Positions 17,717 to 26,880 of a stretch of 44,718 nucleotides of DNA are shown here, one piece after another (position 1 is the first letter of the stretch; every line of letters begins with the position of its first letter). This DNA is from Phycisphaerae bacterium. Its GTDB lineage: Bacteria > Planctomycetota > Phycisphaerae > UBA1845 > Fen-1342. Position numbers and translations under genes: made by a program. Where the stretch lies: assembly GCA_963675745.2 (NCBI GenBank), contig CAXXWX010000011.1, positions 1 to 44,718 of the forward strand, given 5' to 3'. The notes beneath the pieces are model-generated. The model saw only the letters and a list, made by a program, of their open reading frames with translations. It made no database searches and was not told where the DNA came from.

Positions 17717-19726
17717 CTAACGCTTGGGCTCTGCGTACATCGCCTCGATATACGGGCGATAGGTCGGCCCGCAGTTGATCGTGCAGAACGGGTAGATGCC
17801 GTCGGCGGAGCTGTAGAGGATCACACAGCGGCGGATGCGCTCGGTATCGAAGTTGTAGCGGTCCATGAAGTGCATGCCCGCGGCCAGCAGCGTGCGGTAG
17901 TTCTTCTCGCCGGCCCTGCCGCGGCCCTTGCCCTTGTGCGTCATACCCTGGAGGGCGCGCAGAAACGTGAACGGGCCGATGCGCCGGTCACGCTCGGTCC
18001 AGCGATAGCTGCGCAGGAACGTCCAGACGATTTCGAGCTTGTCTTTCCAGTTGGCCAGCTTGTCGGGCCGCCGGGCCTCGATCTTCGCCGCCAGCTCGTT
18101 GAAGCCGCGGAAGAGCTTCATAGTGTCGAACAGTTTCGGGATCGGGATCGCCTGATGATCGGGGGTGACGAAGAAATAGGTGCCGAGCGAGCAGTCGCTA
18201 TGGCAGCTCACGCGCACCTTGGGCTTGCCGTCGAGTGTCTGCATGATGCGCGAGAGCGGCACGACATGGTTCAGCGGGAAGAAGTCGCGCTTGAGACTGG
18301 CCCCGCTGACCTTGGCGATATCATGGGCCATGTCACCCAGCGTATAGCGCTTGGCCTCGAGCTCCTCGTGGTCGATGCGGCCGCTGAAAGACACCGGCTG
18401 ATACGCGATGCCGGAGATGACGTCGGCGTTTTCGCAGGCGAATCGGAAAATGGGCCCAACCTGTTCCTGGCTGACGCCCTTCATCACCGTCGGCACCAGG
18501 CAGATTTTCAGGCCGACCTTGCGGCAGTTTTCGATGACTTGCAGTTTCTTCTCGATCAGCAGTTGTCCGCGCAGTTGGAGATAGGCGGCGTCGTCCACGC
18601 CGTCGAATTGAAGGTAAAGCGTGTGTAACCCGGCCTCGGCGGCCTGCTCTGCAAATTCCAGGTTGGACAATCGCAGGCCGTTGGTCGCGATCTGGACATG
18701 GGTGAAACCCATGTCGTTGGCCGCGCGGCAGAGGTCGAGAAAGCGCGGGTGGATTGTGGGCTCGCCGCCGGTGAACTGGACGGCCGTACTGGCGACCGGT
18801 TTCATCTGGCGCAGACTGCGCAGCATCTCGACGACCATCTCGTACGATGGCTCGGCAACATAGCCGGCCTGGTTCGCCGACGCAAAGCAGACCGGGCAGT
18901 TCATGTTGCAGCGATTGGTCAGATCGATCTGCGCCAGGCAGGCGGTGCTGTGGTGTTGGTTGCAGATGCCGCAGTCCGTCGGACAGGCGTGGCCGGCGGT
19001 GACGCGCGGATTGCTCACCCCGGCCTCGTCCTCCCAGCCGGTGGTCGTCATCCGCAGATACAGATTCACATCCGAATTGATCTTGTCACGAAAGTAGCCG
19101 TGTTCCGGACAGGTCTTCTCGATACAGACGGCGTTGTCTTTGACGAAATAGCGGCCCAGCAGCAGACAACTGCACTCCGGGCAGAGTGTTTCGACGGTGC
19201 GCGGCAGGCCGGTGAGGATCGGGCGCACCACAAAACCGCTGTAGGTCGTCTTTGGCTGGCGTTTCAAACCGTCGCGTGTCGGGATGTTCTTGACGAAGAG
19301 CACATCGAGGTGTTCTTCACGATACTGTGCGCCGTCCGGGCCGTCATACTCGAGGAATATCTTGTCTTCGTCGCGGTCGTACAGCAGGCGACCGGGCACG
19401 AGGCCGGCATACTCCTCGGAATACCATTGCCCTTCCCACGGCAAGCCGGCGATCCCCTTCTGCACCGGCGCGTATTTGCGCAGTCCGGCCTTGTACTGCT
19501 CCAGGGGCGTGCGCGCGTCGGCGGTGTCGACCGCCCGGCGCGAGATCTCATCAAGCGGTCGGTGCAAACAGCCGGAGCGCTGCACGTTGTCGCCACGCGG
19601 CGGGGTGTTGTCGGCCGGCCTCGCTTCATGCGCCAACGCGCCGAGCGTGCCATCCTGAGGTGGAACGTCGCCGATCCCGGCAGGTGGCGTGCTGGTGTCA
19701 GGGGGCGGCGTGTCAGCGCGAGTCAT
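17717..19726 (-). CDS. tes: Radical SAM tetraether lipid synthase (Tes / GDGT-MAS, MJ0619 family) homologue with N-terminal extension
   Basis: Rubredoxin-like LCPEC...KTCPEHG, auxiliary CPTDCGIC, radical-SAM TNRCNMNCPVCFA, QFTGGEPT, ATNG, YLQFDG, QPVSFSGR, HSDC, MHFMDRYNFD..R..RC.I.Y, PFC. GAGGA RBS before ATG 19726. Confidence 0.9.
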   Translation of the reverse strand: MTRADTPPPDTSTPPAGIGDVPPQDGTLGALAHEARPADNTPPRGDNVQRSGCLHRPLDEISRRAVDTADARTPLEQYKAGLRKYAPVQKGIAGLPWEGQWYSEEYAGLVPGRLLYDRDEDKIFLEYDGPDGAQYREEHLDVLFVKNIPTRDGLKRQPKTTYSGFVVRPILTGLPRTVETLCPECSCLLLGRYFVKDNAVCIEKTCPEHGYFRDKINSDVNLYLRMTTTGWEDEAGVSNPRVTAGHACPTDCGICNQHHSTACLAQIDLTNRCNMNCPVCFASANQAGYVAEPSYEMVVEMLRSLRQMKPVASTAVQFTGGEPTIHPRFLDLCRAANDMGFTHVQIATNGLRLSNLEFAEQAAEAGLHTLYLQFDGVDDAAYLQLRGQLLIEKKLQVIENCRKVGLKICLVPTVMKGVSQEQVGPIFRFACENADVISGIAYQPVSFSGRIDHEELEAKRYTLGDMAHDIAKVSGASLKRDFFPLNHVVPLSRIMQTLDGKPKVRVSCHSDCSLGTYFFVTPDHQAIPIPKLFDTMKLFRGFNELAAKIEARRPDKLANWKDKLEIVWTFLRSYRWTERDRRIGPFTFLRALQGMTHKGKGRGRAGEKNYRTLLAAGMHFMDRYNFDTERIRRCVILYSSADGIYPFCTINCGPTYRPYIEAMYAEPKR

Positions 19727-19851
19727 TTCAAGATCCTCTGGTCTCAATAACGGCGGGCCACCCATGGCAGCGCGGCTGGTACGGATGGGTGACCGTTGCG
19801 TGTTCTGGTCGGGCAGACAGGCCCGACGTTACAGGTTGCGGACGCCCGCTG

Positions 19852-21147
19852 CTACTTGAAGTAGTCCGGGTATACCCGCTGGTGTCTCTTGCGTTTCTGA
19901 TACGCCCGCGTGAGATCCAGGAAAATCTCGAGGTCGCGGTCTATGTGCGTGTTGATCTTATCAAAATACAGCGATCGAATCGGGATCCCGTCATGATCGG
20001 CGCTGACCGCCGGATAAACCGCCTCGGCGGTAATGCCATTCATGCACGTGAAAGGACTGATGTCGATGATTCCATCGGCGCCCTTGTCGTGCAGATAGAT
20101 CGCCTTGCCGACACTGAGTGTCATCTCGCCCAACGCCCCGCTCGCGGGCAGGTAGGGCTCGGCCCGCTTGAGCACCTCGGTGACGTCGTGGGGTTCCTCG
20201 TACCCCTTGAAATCAGCATGGGACGGAGCGGTTATCACGTGTTCGTAGTGGTGTTGAAACCGGTTCTTCAGCTTCAGCTTGAGCAGGTGGAGGTTGAGGT
20301 AGCCGCGCGTGCGGATCTGGTCGAATTCGCGCCACCAGTTGGTATACCACACCCACTCGGTCAGGTCCGAAAGCCAGCACTCGCCCCCCAGGTTCTCGAT
20401 CCGTCGTGCGGTTTCCTCGTTGGCGAATGTGTTCATACGGCAATAGATCTCGCCAACCAGGCCGATGAGTGGCCGGCCCTTTTCGTACTGAGCCGGCACT
20501 GATGAATAGCGCTCGCGCATCCGCCGCACGCAGTCGGCCAGTGCGGTGAGGCGCTGCTTGGTCGGCAGGTCGGGTGTTGCCAGAACGGTGCCAAACTGCT
20601 CGAGCGAGTGGTGAAAGACCTCGTCGGAATCACCGGCGGTGGCTTCGTACGGCCGGGTCTTGAGCAGATAGCGCGTGGTGAGGTCGGCACAAACGATGGC
20701 CATCCAGACAGTCTTCCTGAGCTGGGCGGCATGGGCGCCGATGCCGTCGTAACCATCACTCGTGGTGGGCGCGACAACGATGGCGTCGCCATAGCCCAGC
20801 TCATCGAGTTTCTGTTTGAGATATGGTGCATATTGCCCGAAGCGGCACGGGCCGTTGGCCATCGGCATGAAAAAGGCGTTTTTCCGCGGGTCAAACCCGG
20901 GCTGCTGGCAAACGCGCAGGAAATCACCGAGTGTGATCTTGTGCGGCAAGCACTCTTCACCGCTGCTGTGCAATCCGCCGATCTCGAGCGTTTCTTCGTC
21001 GGACGGCGGAGTGGTCACGCCGTTGACACCGACCGCCTGAAACGCCGACGCTGTCAGCCGGGCAGCGGCGAAGGACATCGGGGGGATGTAGAGCGTTCGT
21101 CCGGCAAGACTTGGTCGGCCGGTTTGCTCTTGCACGTCCGCCACCAT
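19852..21147 (-). CDS. plsR: PlsR-like Fe-S reductase (2-hydroxyacyl-CoA dehydratase-related), partner of the CoA-activase
   Basis: RTLYIPPM, GEECLP, GPCRFGQY, LLKTRPYE, VGEIYCR, PFTCMNG. Overlaps the 3' end of the activase gene. Confidence 0.7.
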   Translation of the reverse strand: MVADVQEQTGRPSLAGRTLYIPPMSFAAARLTASAFQAVGVNGVTTPPSDEETLEIGGLHSSGEECLPHKITLGDFLRVCQQPGFDPRKNAFFMPMANGPCRFGQYAPYLKQKLDELGYGDAIVVAPTTSDGYDGIGAHAAQLRKTVWMAIVCADLTTRYLLKTRPYEATAGDSDEVFHHSLEQFGTVLATPDLPTKQRLTALADCVRRMRERYSSVPAQYEKGRPLIGLVGEIYCRMNTFANEETARRIENLGGECWLSDLTEWVWYTNWWREFDQIRTRGYLNLHLLKLKLKNRFQHHYEHVITAPSHADFKGYEEPHDVTEVLKRAEPYLPASGALGEMTLSVGKAIYLHDKGADGIIDISPFTCMNGITAEAVYPAVSADHDGIPIRSLYFDKINTHIDRDLEIFLDLTRAYQKRKRHQRVYPDYFK

Positions 21148-24100
21148 CGCAGAATCCCTTTGCTATCGAGGTAGGCCTCACAGCGCGTCAACATGCCGGC
21201 GTCGTTCGAGTGCCCGTCAAACTGGAGCGTCAAGAACGGCTTGCCGGAGTGTCGGCGGATGAAGCTCTTGAGGAACGAGTCAGGTCCACACTTGAAGTTG
21301 GTCACGTAAATGATGTCGAGGTTCGAACGCGCACCGACCAGCCGGGCGGCTGCCAGAATACGTCGGCCGTAAGCCCAGTACATGTTCTCGTCAACGTCGG
21401 TTATGTTGATGTCGTCGAGCGGCAGGGCGTCAATCGGGATCACGTTCACGCCGTACAGTTCGCGCAGCTTGCGCGCCACCGACAGGCTGACACCACCGTC
21501 GTGCAGGTTGTACGGCCGACCGATCAGCACCATGCCGTGCTCGCCGGTGGCGTCGAGTTGGGCCAGCGCCGCCGCCCCCGCCTGCTCGTACGCGGCGCGG
21601 AAACGTTGATGAGCGGCAAGCCCGGCCTCGACCGCATCGCGGGCGCGGACCGTGCGAACGCCGAGGCTGTTCGCATGATCAACCAGCGTCGCGCGCACGG
21701 CGTCGTACCCGTCGTCAAAGCGCAATGAGGGGCAGAGGATGCGCCCCTGCCAGGATCTGAACGCCGGCGCCTGGCGCACGACGAACGGCAGGGTCATGCC
21801 CCACGGGCAGTAGAAGCTGTTTTGGGTCTCGTCATCGCGCTTGGCCGAGATCAGGTTGGGCACGAAGATGTGATCAACGCCGGCTTCAACCAGCTCCGCC
21901 ACGTGGCCGTGCGCGACGATGATCGGGAAGCACGGTTCGGCGACGGCGCTGTCCAAGCCCCTCTGCACCGTGGCACGGTTGGTTTCGCCCGATACGATGA
22001 CCCGGAATCCGCACGCGCGGAAGAAAGTGCGCCAGAGCGGCAGCAAATCCCACGAGTACATCGCCATGGGAATCCCGATGGTCCGCACGGCGTCCGGTGG
22101 GTCACCGCTGGCGTCATCCGCGTGCAGCAACTCGTCGCGCAGCTTGCCGAGATCCTGAATGACCGCTTGTTTGCCACTCTTCTGCTGCTTGCGGAATCGC
22201 TCGGAGCACTTGTCGCCCCAGTAGGTCTTGGAGTTCTCGACACTGAATTCCTGGATTGCACAGTGGTTGCCACACCCCGCGCACGTGAATTCGCGCAGGT
22301 GGTAATCCACCTGGTCGATGTCGTAGCCGCGAAAACGCGTGCCGCTGTGCGTCGTGCTCACTCGTTCTTTGGCAAGCAGGGCCGCACCGATCGCTCCAAG
22401 GACGGCGTTGTGCGGCGGAACGATAATCTCCTTGCCGGTGATAATGCTGAAGGCGGCGGCAACGGCCTTGTTGTACGCCGTACCCCCCTGGAAGAAAACG
22501 CAATCACCAATGTGCCGGCCACGGACGACGCGGTTGATGTAGTTGTAGCCGATCGAGTATGCCAGCCCGGCGATGATATCCTCACGCCGCGCGCCGCGCT
22601 GCATGCACGTGCCGACGTCACGCTCCATGAATACCGTGCAGCGCTCACCGAGCTTGATCGGTGCCCGTGACTTGAGCGCCTCGGCGGCGAATTCATCTTC
22701 GATTGCCACGCCCAGCTCGGCGGCGCGCTCTTCGAGAAAGCTCCCCGTCCCCGCCGCGCACGCCTCGTTCATCGTAAAATCGACCACAACCGTGCTGGTC
22801 GCATCGGCGCCTTCCGGTTCGAGGCTGATGAATTTGCTGTCCTGCCCGCCGATTTCGAAGATCGTGTCGGGTCGCCGGCCGAGCAGCTTGTCGCCGATGA
22901 ACGTGGCGCCGGTCTTGTGTGCGGTGATTTCGTCGTTGATGCTGTCGGCGCCGACGAGCTCACCGATCAACTCGCGACCGCTGCCGGTGGTCCCGACGCC
23001 GCGGATATTCACCCCCCAGCCCACCGCTTCCTCCAGCTCTTTCAGAATGCGGCCCACCACCTGGATCGGACGCCCCTCGGTGCGCGTGAAAATGCTGTGA
23101 ATGACGTCGCCGGCGTCGTCGATGAGTGACAGCTTGGTTCCAACCGAGCCGATATCCAGGCCCAGGTAAGCATCGAGCGGCGTCTTTTCGGGAAGGAGCT
23201 CGTAGGGCCGCTCGTGGTGATGCAGCACCTGCACGCGCTCGAGCGAGAGCGGCTGCGAGCGGGGGAACTCGTATGATTCTGAATCCGCGTGATGCGCCAG
23301 TTGTTCGAGTCGCTGGGCGAGATCATTCGCATCGCTATCGTCGTCGGCCATAGCCGCGGCGCCGATCGCACCCACCGAAGCGGCGCCCGCCGGGACAAAC
23401 AGCTCCTGGTCAGAAAGCTCGAAAACCTCGCGCAGCCCCGTTACGACAGCGCTGTTCTTTGACACGCCGCCGACGAACGCCACCGGCGGGACAACTTCGT
23501 GCCCTTTGACGACGGCGGATTTGAAATTGGTGGCGACGGCGTCACACAGGCCGTGCAGAACTTCGCCCGGGCCGTAGCCCTTCTGCTGCGCGTGGATCAT
23601 GTCGCTCTTGGCGAACACACTACAGCGGCCCGCGATCTGCGCCGCACGCTCTGTCTCGGCCACGATCGCGCCGATATCCTCGACCGCAAATTGCAGGCGC
23701 GCCGCCTGTTGGTCGAGGAATGCCCCGGTGCCGGCGGCACAATCGCCGTTGGCGCTGTAGTCCAGAATGCCAAGTTGGCCGCTGCCCGGATCAGGATCAA
23801 GGCGCAGATAGCGGCTGGACTCGCCGCCCATCTCAAACACGGTTCGCACGCGCGGTTGAATCAGATCGATACCGCGCGCACAGGCCTGAAACTCGTTACA
23901 GCTCTGGGCCGCGAGTTTCGTGGCGACCAGCACGCCCCCCGAACCGGTGCAAGCCACACTCGTGATGTCACCGGCGGGCACGACATGCAGCAACTCGTCG
24001 AGCAACGCGCGTACCGCATCGAGCGGCCGCCCGCGCGTGCGACGATATGTTGTTACCAGCACGGCGACGGGGGACTCGTCCGGTGTGGGTATGCATCGCA

Positions 24101-24215
24101 ACAACTCGCCGGCCCCCGGCCTGGCGAGCAGGCCGTCGACATCGCCGCGCTTCAGCACCAGCGCGATCTTCAGGCCGACCACACCGACGTCAATCCCCAG
24201 CTTCATGGATATCAC
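21054..24215 (-). CDS. plsA: PlsA/Ger-like CoA-substrate-specific activase (two BadF/BadG/BcrA/BcrD ATPase domains plus DUF2229)
   Basis: GIDVG / CAAGTGAFL / RCSVFAKSD; GLDIGS / EIGGQDSK / NEACAAGTGSFL / RCTVF; CAGCGNHC; EPCFP, GRPYN, FKCGPDSF, TRCEAYL. Start is GTG 24215 or ATG 24206. Confidence 0.75.
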   Translation of the reverse strand: MISMKLGIDVGVVGLKIALVLKRGDVDGLLARPGAGELLRCIPTPDESPVAVLVTTYRRTRGRPLDAVRALLDELLHVVPAGDITSVACTGSGGVLVATKLAAQSCNEFQACARGIDLIQPRVRTVFEMGGESSRYLRLDPDPGSGQLGILDYSANGDCAAGTGAFLDQQAARLQFAVEDIGAIVAETERAAQIAGRCSVFAKSDMIHAQQKGYGPGEVLHGLCDAVATNFKSAVVKGHEVVPPVAFVGGVSKNSAVVTGLREVFELSDQELFVPAGAASVGAIGAAAMADDDSDANDLAQRLEQLAHHADSESYEFPRSQPLSLERVQVLHHHERPYELLPEKTPLDAYLGLDIGSVGTKLSLIDDAGDVIHSIFTRTEGRPIQVVGRILKELEEAVGWGVNIRGVGTTGSGRELIGELVGADSINDEITAHKTGATFIGDKLLGRRPDTIFEIGGQDSKFISLEPEGADATSTVVVDFTMNEACAAGTGSFLEERAAELGVAIEDEFAAEALKSRAPIKLGERCTVFMERDVGTCMQRGARREDIIAGLAYSIGYNYINRVVRGRHIGDCVFFQGGTAYNKAVAAAFSIITGKEIIVPPHNAVLGAIGAALLAKERVSTTHSGTRFRGYDIDQVDYHLREFTCAGCGNHCAIQEFSVENSKTYWGDKCSERFRKQQKSGKQAVIQDLGKLRDELLHADDASGDPPDAVRTIGIPMAMYSWDLLPLWRTFFRACGFRVIVSGETNRATVQRGLDSAVAEPCFPIIVAHGHVAELVEAGVDHIFVPNLISAKRDDETQNSFYCPWGMTLPFVVRQAPAFRSWQGRILCPSLRFDDGYDAVRATLVDHANSLGVRTVRARDAVEAGLAAHQRFRAAYEQAGAAALAQLDATGEHGMVLIGRPYNLHDGGVSLSVARKLRELYGVNVIPIDALPLDDINITDVDENMYWAYGRRILAAARLVGARSNLDIIYVTNFKCGPDSFLKSFIRRHSGKPFLTLQFDGHSNDAGMLTRCEAYLDSKGILRWWRTCKSKPADQVLPDERSTSPRCPSPLPG

Positions 24216-24526
24216 CTGTTCTCCGGTTTGACCCGGTATAACCGAACAGCCAGAAATCGCAATGCGTCGTCCGGGCTAGACCGAACCCGTCGGAAAAGGT
24301 TTGTCGGCGGAGTCCCTTCCAGCCCATTTACGGTCACAAACTACCGAAATAATAGTCAGAGTTCAATTGCCACACGGGTGGCCGGCCAAAAACCGCCGGC
24401 GGCAGTCGCGTGATACGGCGCGGCTACTAAGGGTCATCCCCAATGCGCATGGTGGCCCGCCAGCGCGGAAGGTACTCTCGCGCCGCGACACGCGCGCATC
24501 AGCGTCGTCATTCAATTCGGACAGTG

Positions 24527-25855
24527 CTACGGGATCGGGCTGACTGTGGCAGGCGGATCGATACGGGGCGTCTTAACCAGCTTCGAAGCGGAGGGATACG
24601 CAACGGACGATTCAAACACGACACAGCCCACCTGCTCGGCCACGTGGTTGCGTTCCTTGTCGCGAACCTGATCCTCATCAATCGACAGGTAGAGATTAGT
24701 CGTGGTGGCGGCGGTCGTGCCGTGCGTCTGGGCCCACCCGCCATTGCCGCCGCGCATTCCGCCGAGACTGACAACGGCGATGTTTGGCTTCTGGTCGAAC
24801 TTATCGGCAAAGCTGTACGCATACGGCGGCTTGTCGCCGGCACCTTGGATCGCGGTAGGGCCGAGCAGTGCCTCGAACTCCACGCCCGCGATACTCCCGT
24901 GGCCGGCTTCGAAGACGATGTAACCGACGGTCTCCGCGGCGCGCGTCCGATCCGGATCCTCACAAACGGTCTTGCCTGTCCAGAGCGCTGTGCGGGTGGG
25001 TGGTTTGCGGCTGCGATTGTGACACCAGAACACGGACCAGTCGGCGTCGTTCTCAGTCATCACTTGTCCGATAACGACGGGGTTGGCATAGGCGTTCTCA
25101 TACACGCGCTGCTCGCCCACCCAGCTCGCCGACGAATCCGTCCGGTTTGAAGTGTACGTGTAGGCTTCACAGTTGACGCCCTCGATCGTCCAGGCGCCTT
25201 CTTCCATCACAATGTAACTGATGTGGTCCCCGCTCACCTTGCCACCGGACGGGTTAACCAGCCGCACGTCAAAACTCTCGGAACCGACGTTGCTGACGCG
25301 CGCTACTATTGGCGTTTTGTTCGAGTGATACCGCGCCGAGCAAACCACGACCGGACGGTTATACGTGTTGATGAGTTTGACGGTCTTCCGCTTGCTACTG
25401 CCCGTGACGGTGCCGGTCTCGAACTGGGCGCCACCAAGCACGAGCGGTATCTGCGTCCACCGAACGTAGGACACCGCCCCCGCTGACGCCTGACTGCGCA
25501 CGCGCGCCATGTCCTCACCGGGCCAGACATCGACCGTGAACGCCGCGCCCAGCAACTCGCCATCAACCGTGATCAACGGCGTTGTATCGAATGATGTGTC
25601 GTCTTCGGCGACCGACCGTGCGAGGCAATTGGCGAGATCGCTGTCGTTGCCGATCTGCCACAATGCCAGGTGCGTGCCCGCCATGGCGGCGGCCTCGGCG
25701 CGCAGCCGCTGCACGCCGGCCTGCTCGATGGAAATCTGCGCGGCGAAGACGCTCAGGCAGAGCGCCGAAAAAGCGGCGACTATGAGCAGTATCGCAATTG
25801 CCGAGATCAGGGCGGCGGCGCGACGGCCACGGCCCCGGGGCCCGCCGCGACTCAT
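24527..25855 (-). CDS. PilX/GspK-like minor pilin fused to three H-type-lectin-like beta repeats (putative tip adhesin)
   Basis: RRAAALISAIAILLIV N-terminus, RAEAAAMAG, and three repeats with PVV/PNIAVV...YIVMEEG / ETVGYIVFEAG / EQVGCVVFE. ATGA overlap with the upstream gene. Confidence 0.65.
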   Translation of the reverse strand: MSRGGPRGRGRRAAALISAIAILLIVAAFSALCLSVFAAQISIEQAGVQRLRAEAAAMAGTHLALWQIGNDSDLANCLARSVAEDDTSFDTTPLITVDGELLGAAFTVDVWPGEDMARVRSQASAGAVSYVRWTQIPLVLGGAQFETGTVTGSSKRKTVKLINTYNRPVVVCSARYHSNKTPIVARVSNVGSESFDVRLVNPSGGKVSGDHISYIVMEEGAWTIEGVNCEAYTYTSNRTDSSASWVGEQRVYENAYANPVVIGQVMTENDADWSVFWCHNRSRKPPTRTALWTGKTVCEDPDRTRAAETVGYIVFEAGHGSIAGVEFEALLGPTAIQGAGDKPPYAYSFADKFDQKPNIAVVSLGGMRGGNGGWAQTHGTTAATTTNLYLSIDEDQVRDKERNHVAEQVGCVVFESSVAYPSASKLVKTPRIDPPATVSPIP

Positions 25856-26445
25856 GGCCAACTCCCCAGCGGCAATTTCACCTGCCGCTCGTAGTCCTTG
25901 CGCTTGTAGGGCTTGGACGTGTCGGGCGGCGCCAGTTCGAGCAGGCCGCCGGCGAATTGCCGATCCGGCATGACCGCCAGCCCACCCCGCTTCTGTCCGG
26001 CGTCAACGTCGGTCCAACTGGCGCGAATCGCAAGGACCGCGTCAGTCTGCTGCGCATCTGGGTTGGAAACCCAGGTTCCATCGTCCAGGAGATATTGAAA
26101 GGTGAACGACTCGATCGGCTCCGCCAGCGACACGCGGTCGTCGTTCTGCCAGCGCTGCTCGAAGCTCTGTTTGTGGGCGCGCAGCTCCCAGTCACCCACG
26201 CGCAGCCGGTCAGCGCGCGCCTGGTCAAGCGTGGCATAGCCAGCCGGCGGTGACTTGTCGCGCCAGACCGTGCCCGCCACCTGCATCGCACGCACGCCGG
26301 CCATCCATTGAAGCGTAACGGTTTGCAGGTTTAACTCGGCCTGCTGGTACGAAGCCATCGCGCGCGTGGTCGGGATGATCGACGACGCGAACACCAGGCC
26401 CGCGATGGCGAGTGCCAGCACCATTTCCAGCAGCGACGATCGCAA
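25852..26445 (-). CDS. Minor (pseudo)pilin, PulJ/PilW-like
   Basis: SLLEMVLALAIAGLVF, LAEPIESFTFQY. GAGGTG RBS before TTG. Confidence 0.7.
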   Translation of the reverse strand: MRSSLLEMVLALAIAGLVFASSIIPTTRAMASYQQAELNLQTVTLQWMAGVRAMQVAGTVWRDKSPPAGYATLDQARADRLRVGDWELRAHKQSFEQRWQNDDRVSLAEPIESFTFQYLLDDGTWVSNPDAQQTDAVLAIRASWTDVDAGQKRGGLAVMPDRQFAGGLLELAPPDTSKPYKRKDYERQVKLPLGSWP

Positions 26446-26457
26446 CTCGACTGCACC

Positions 26458-26880
26458 TCAGTCAGACATTCCGGGTACGTCAGTAACAAAAGACTCGATG
26501 GTCAACGCCTGTCCGTTTGGCCCGCTGGTAATGATCCGCAGGCGCTTGATCCCCGAGCCCGGCTCGGCGGTGATGAAGTCCTTCGAACTCACTTCGCGGA
26601 GTTCTGTACGCCGCTCATAGCCGGTCAGCCCATCAGGGGCCTTTTCGTCGGGATACGCTTTACCGATGATGGCGTCATAACCGCGCGTGGGATCGGCGTG
26701 GGCGGCGAAAACCTCCCAGAGGCGCTCCGATGCCAGGTGCGTCAGGTTCTGCTGGACATAGGCCATCTCCTGTTGACGCACCGCGCCGCCGATCTGGATC
26801 AACAAAGGCGGGATCGCCAGACCCAGGATGACGATCGTCACGACCACTTCGATCAGCGATAGCCCGCGGCGACCGGTCAT
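26458..26880 (-). CDS. Minor (pseudo)pilin, GspI/PilV/MshD-like
   Basis: RRG|LSLIEVVVTIVILGLAI class III signal. Confidence 0.8.
   Translation of the reverse strand: MTGRRGLSLIEVVVTIVILGLAIPPLLIQIGGAVRQQEMAYVQQNLTHLASERLWEVFAAHADPTRGYDAIIGKAYPDEKAPDGLTGYERRTELREVSSKDFITAEPGSGIKRLRIITSGPNGQALTIESFVTDVPGMSD

Noticed and set aside
17717..19726. MoaA or methanopterin (7,8-dihydro-6-hydroxymethylpterin) dimethyltransferase annotation
   Set aside because: That is the legacy label of the MJ0619 family, since shown to be Tes/GDGT-MAS. There is no methanopterin or molybdopterin context here.
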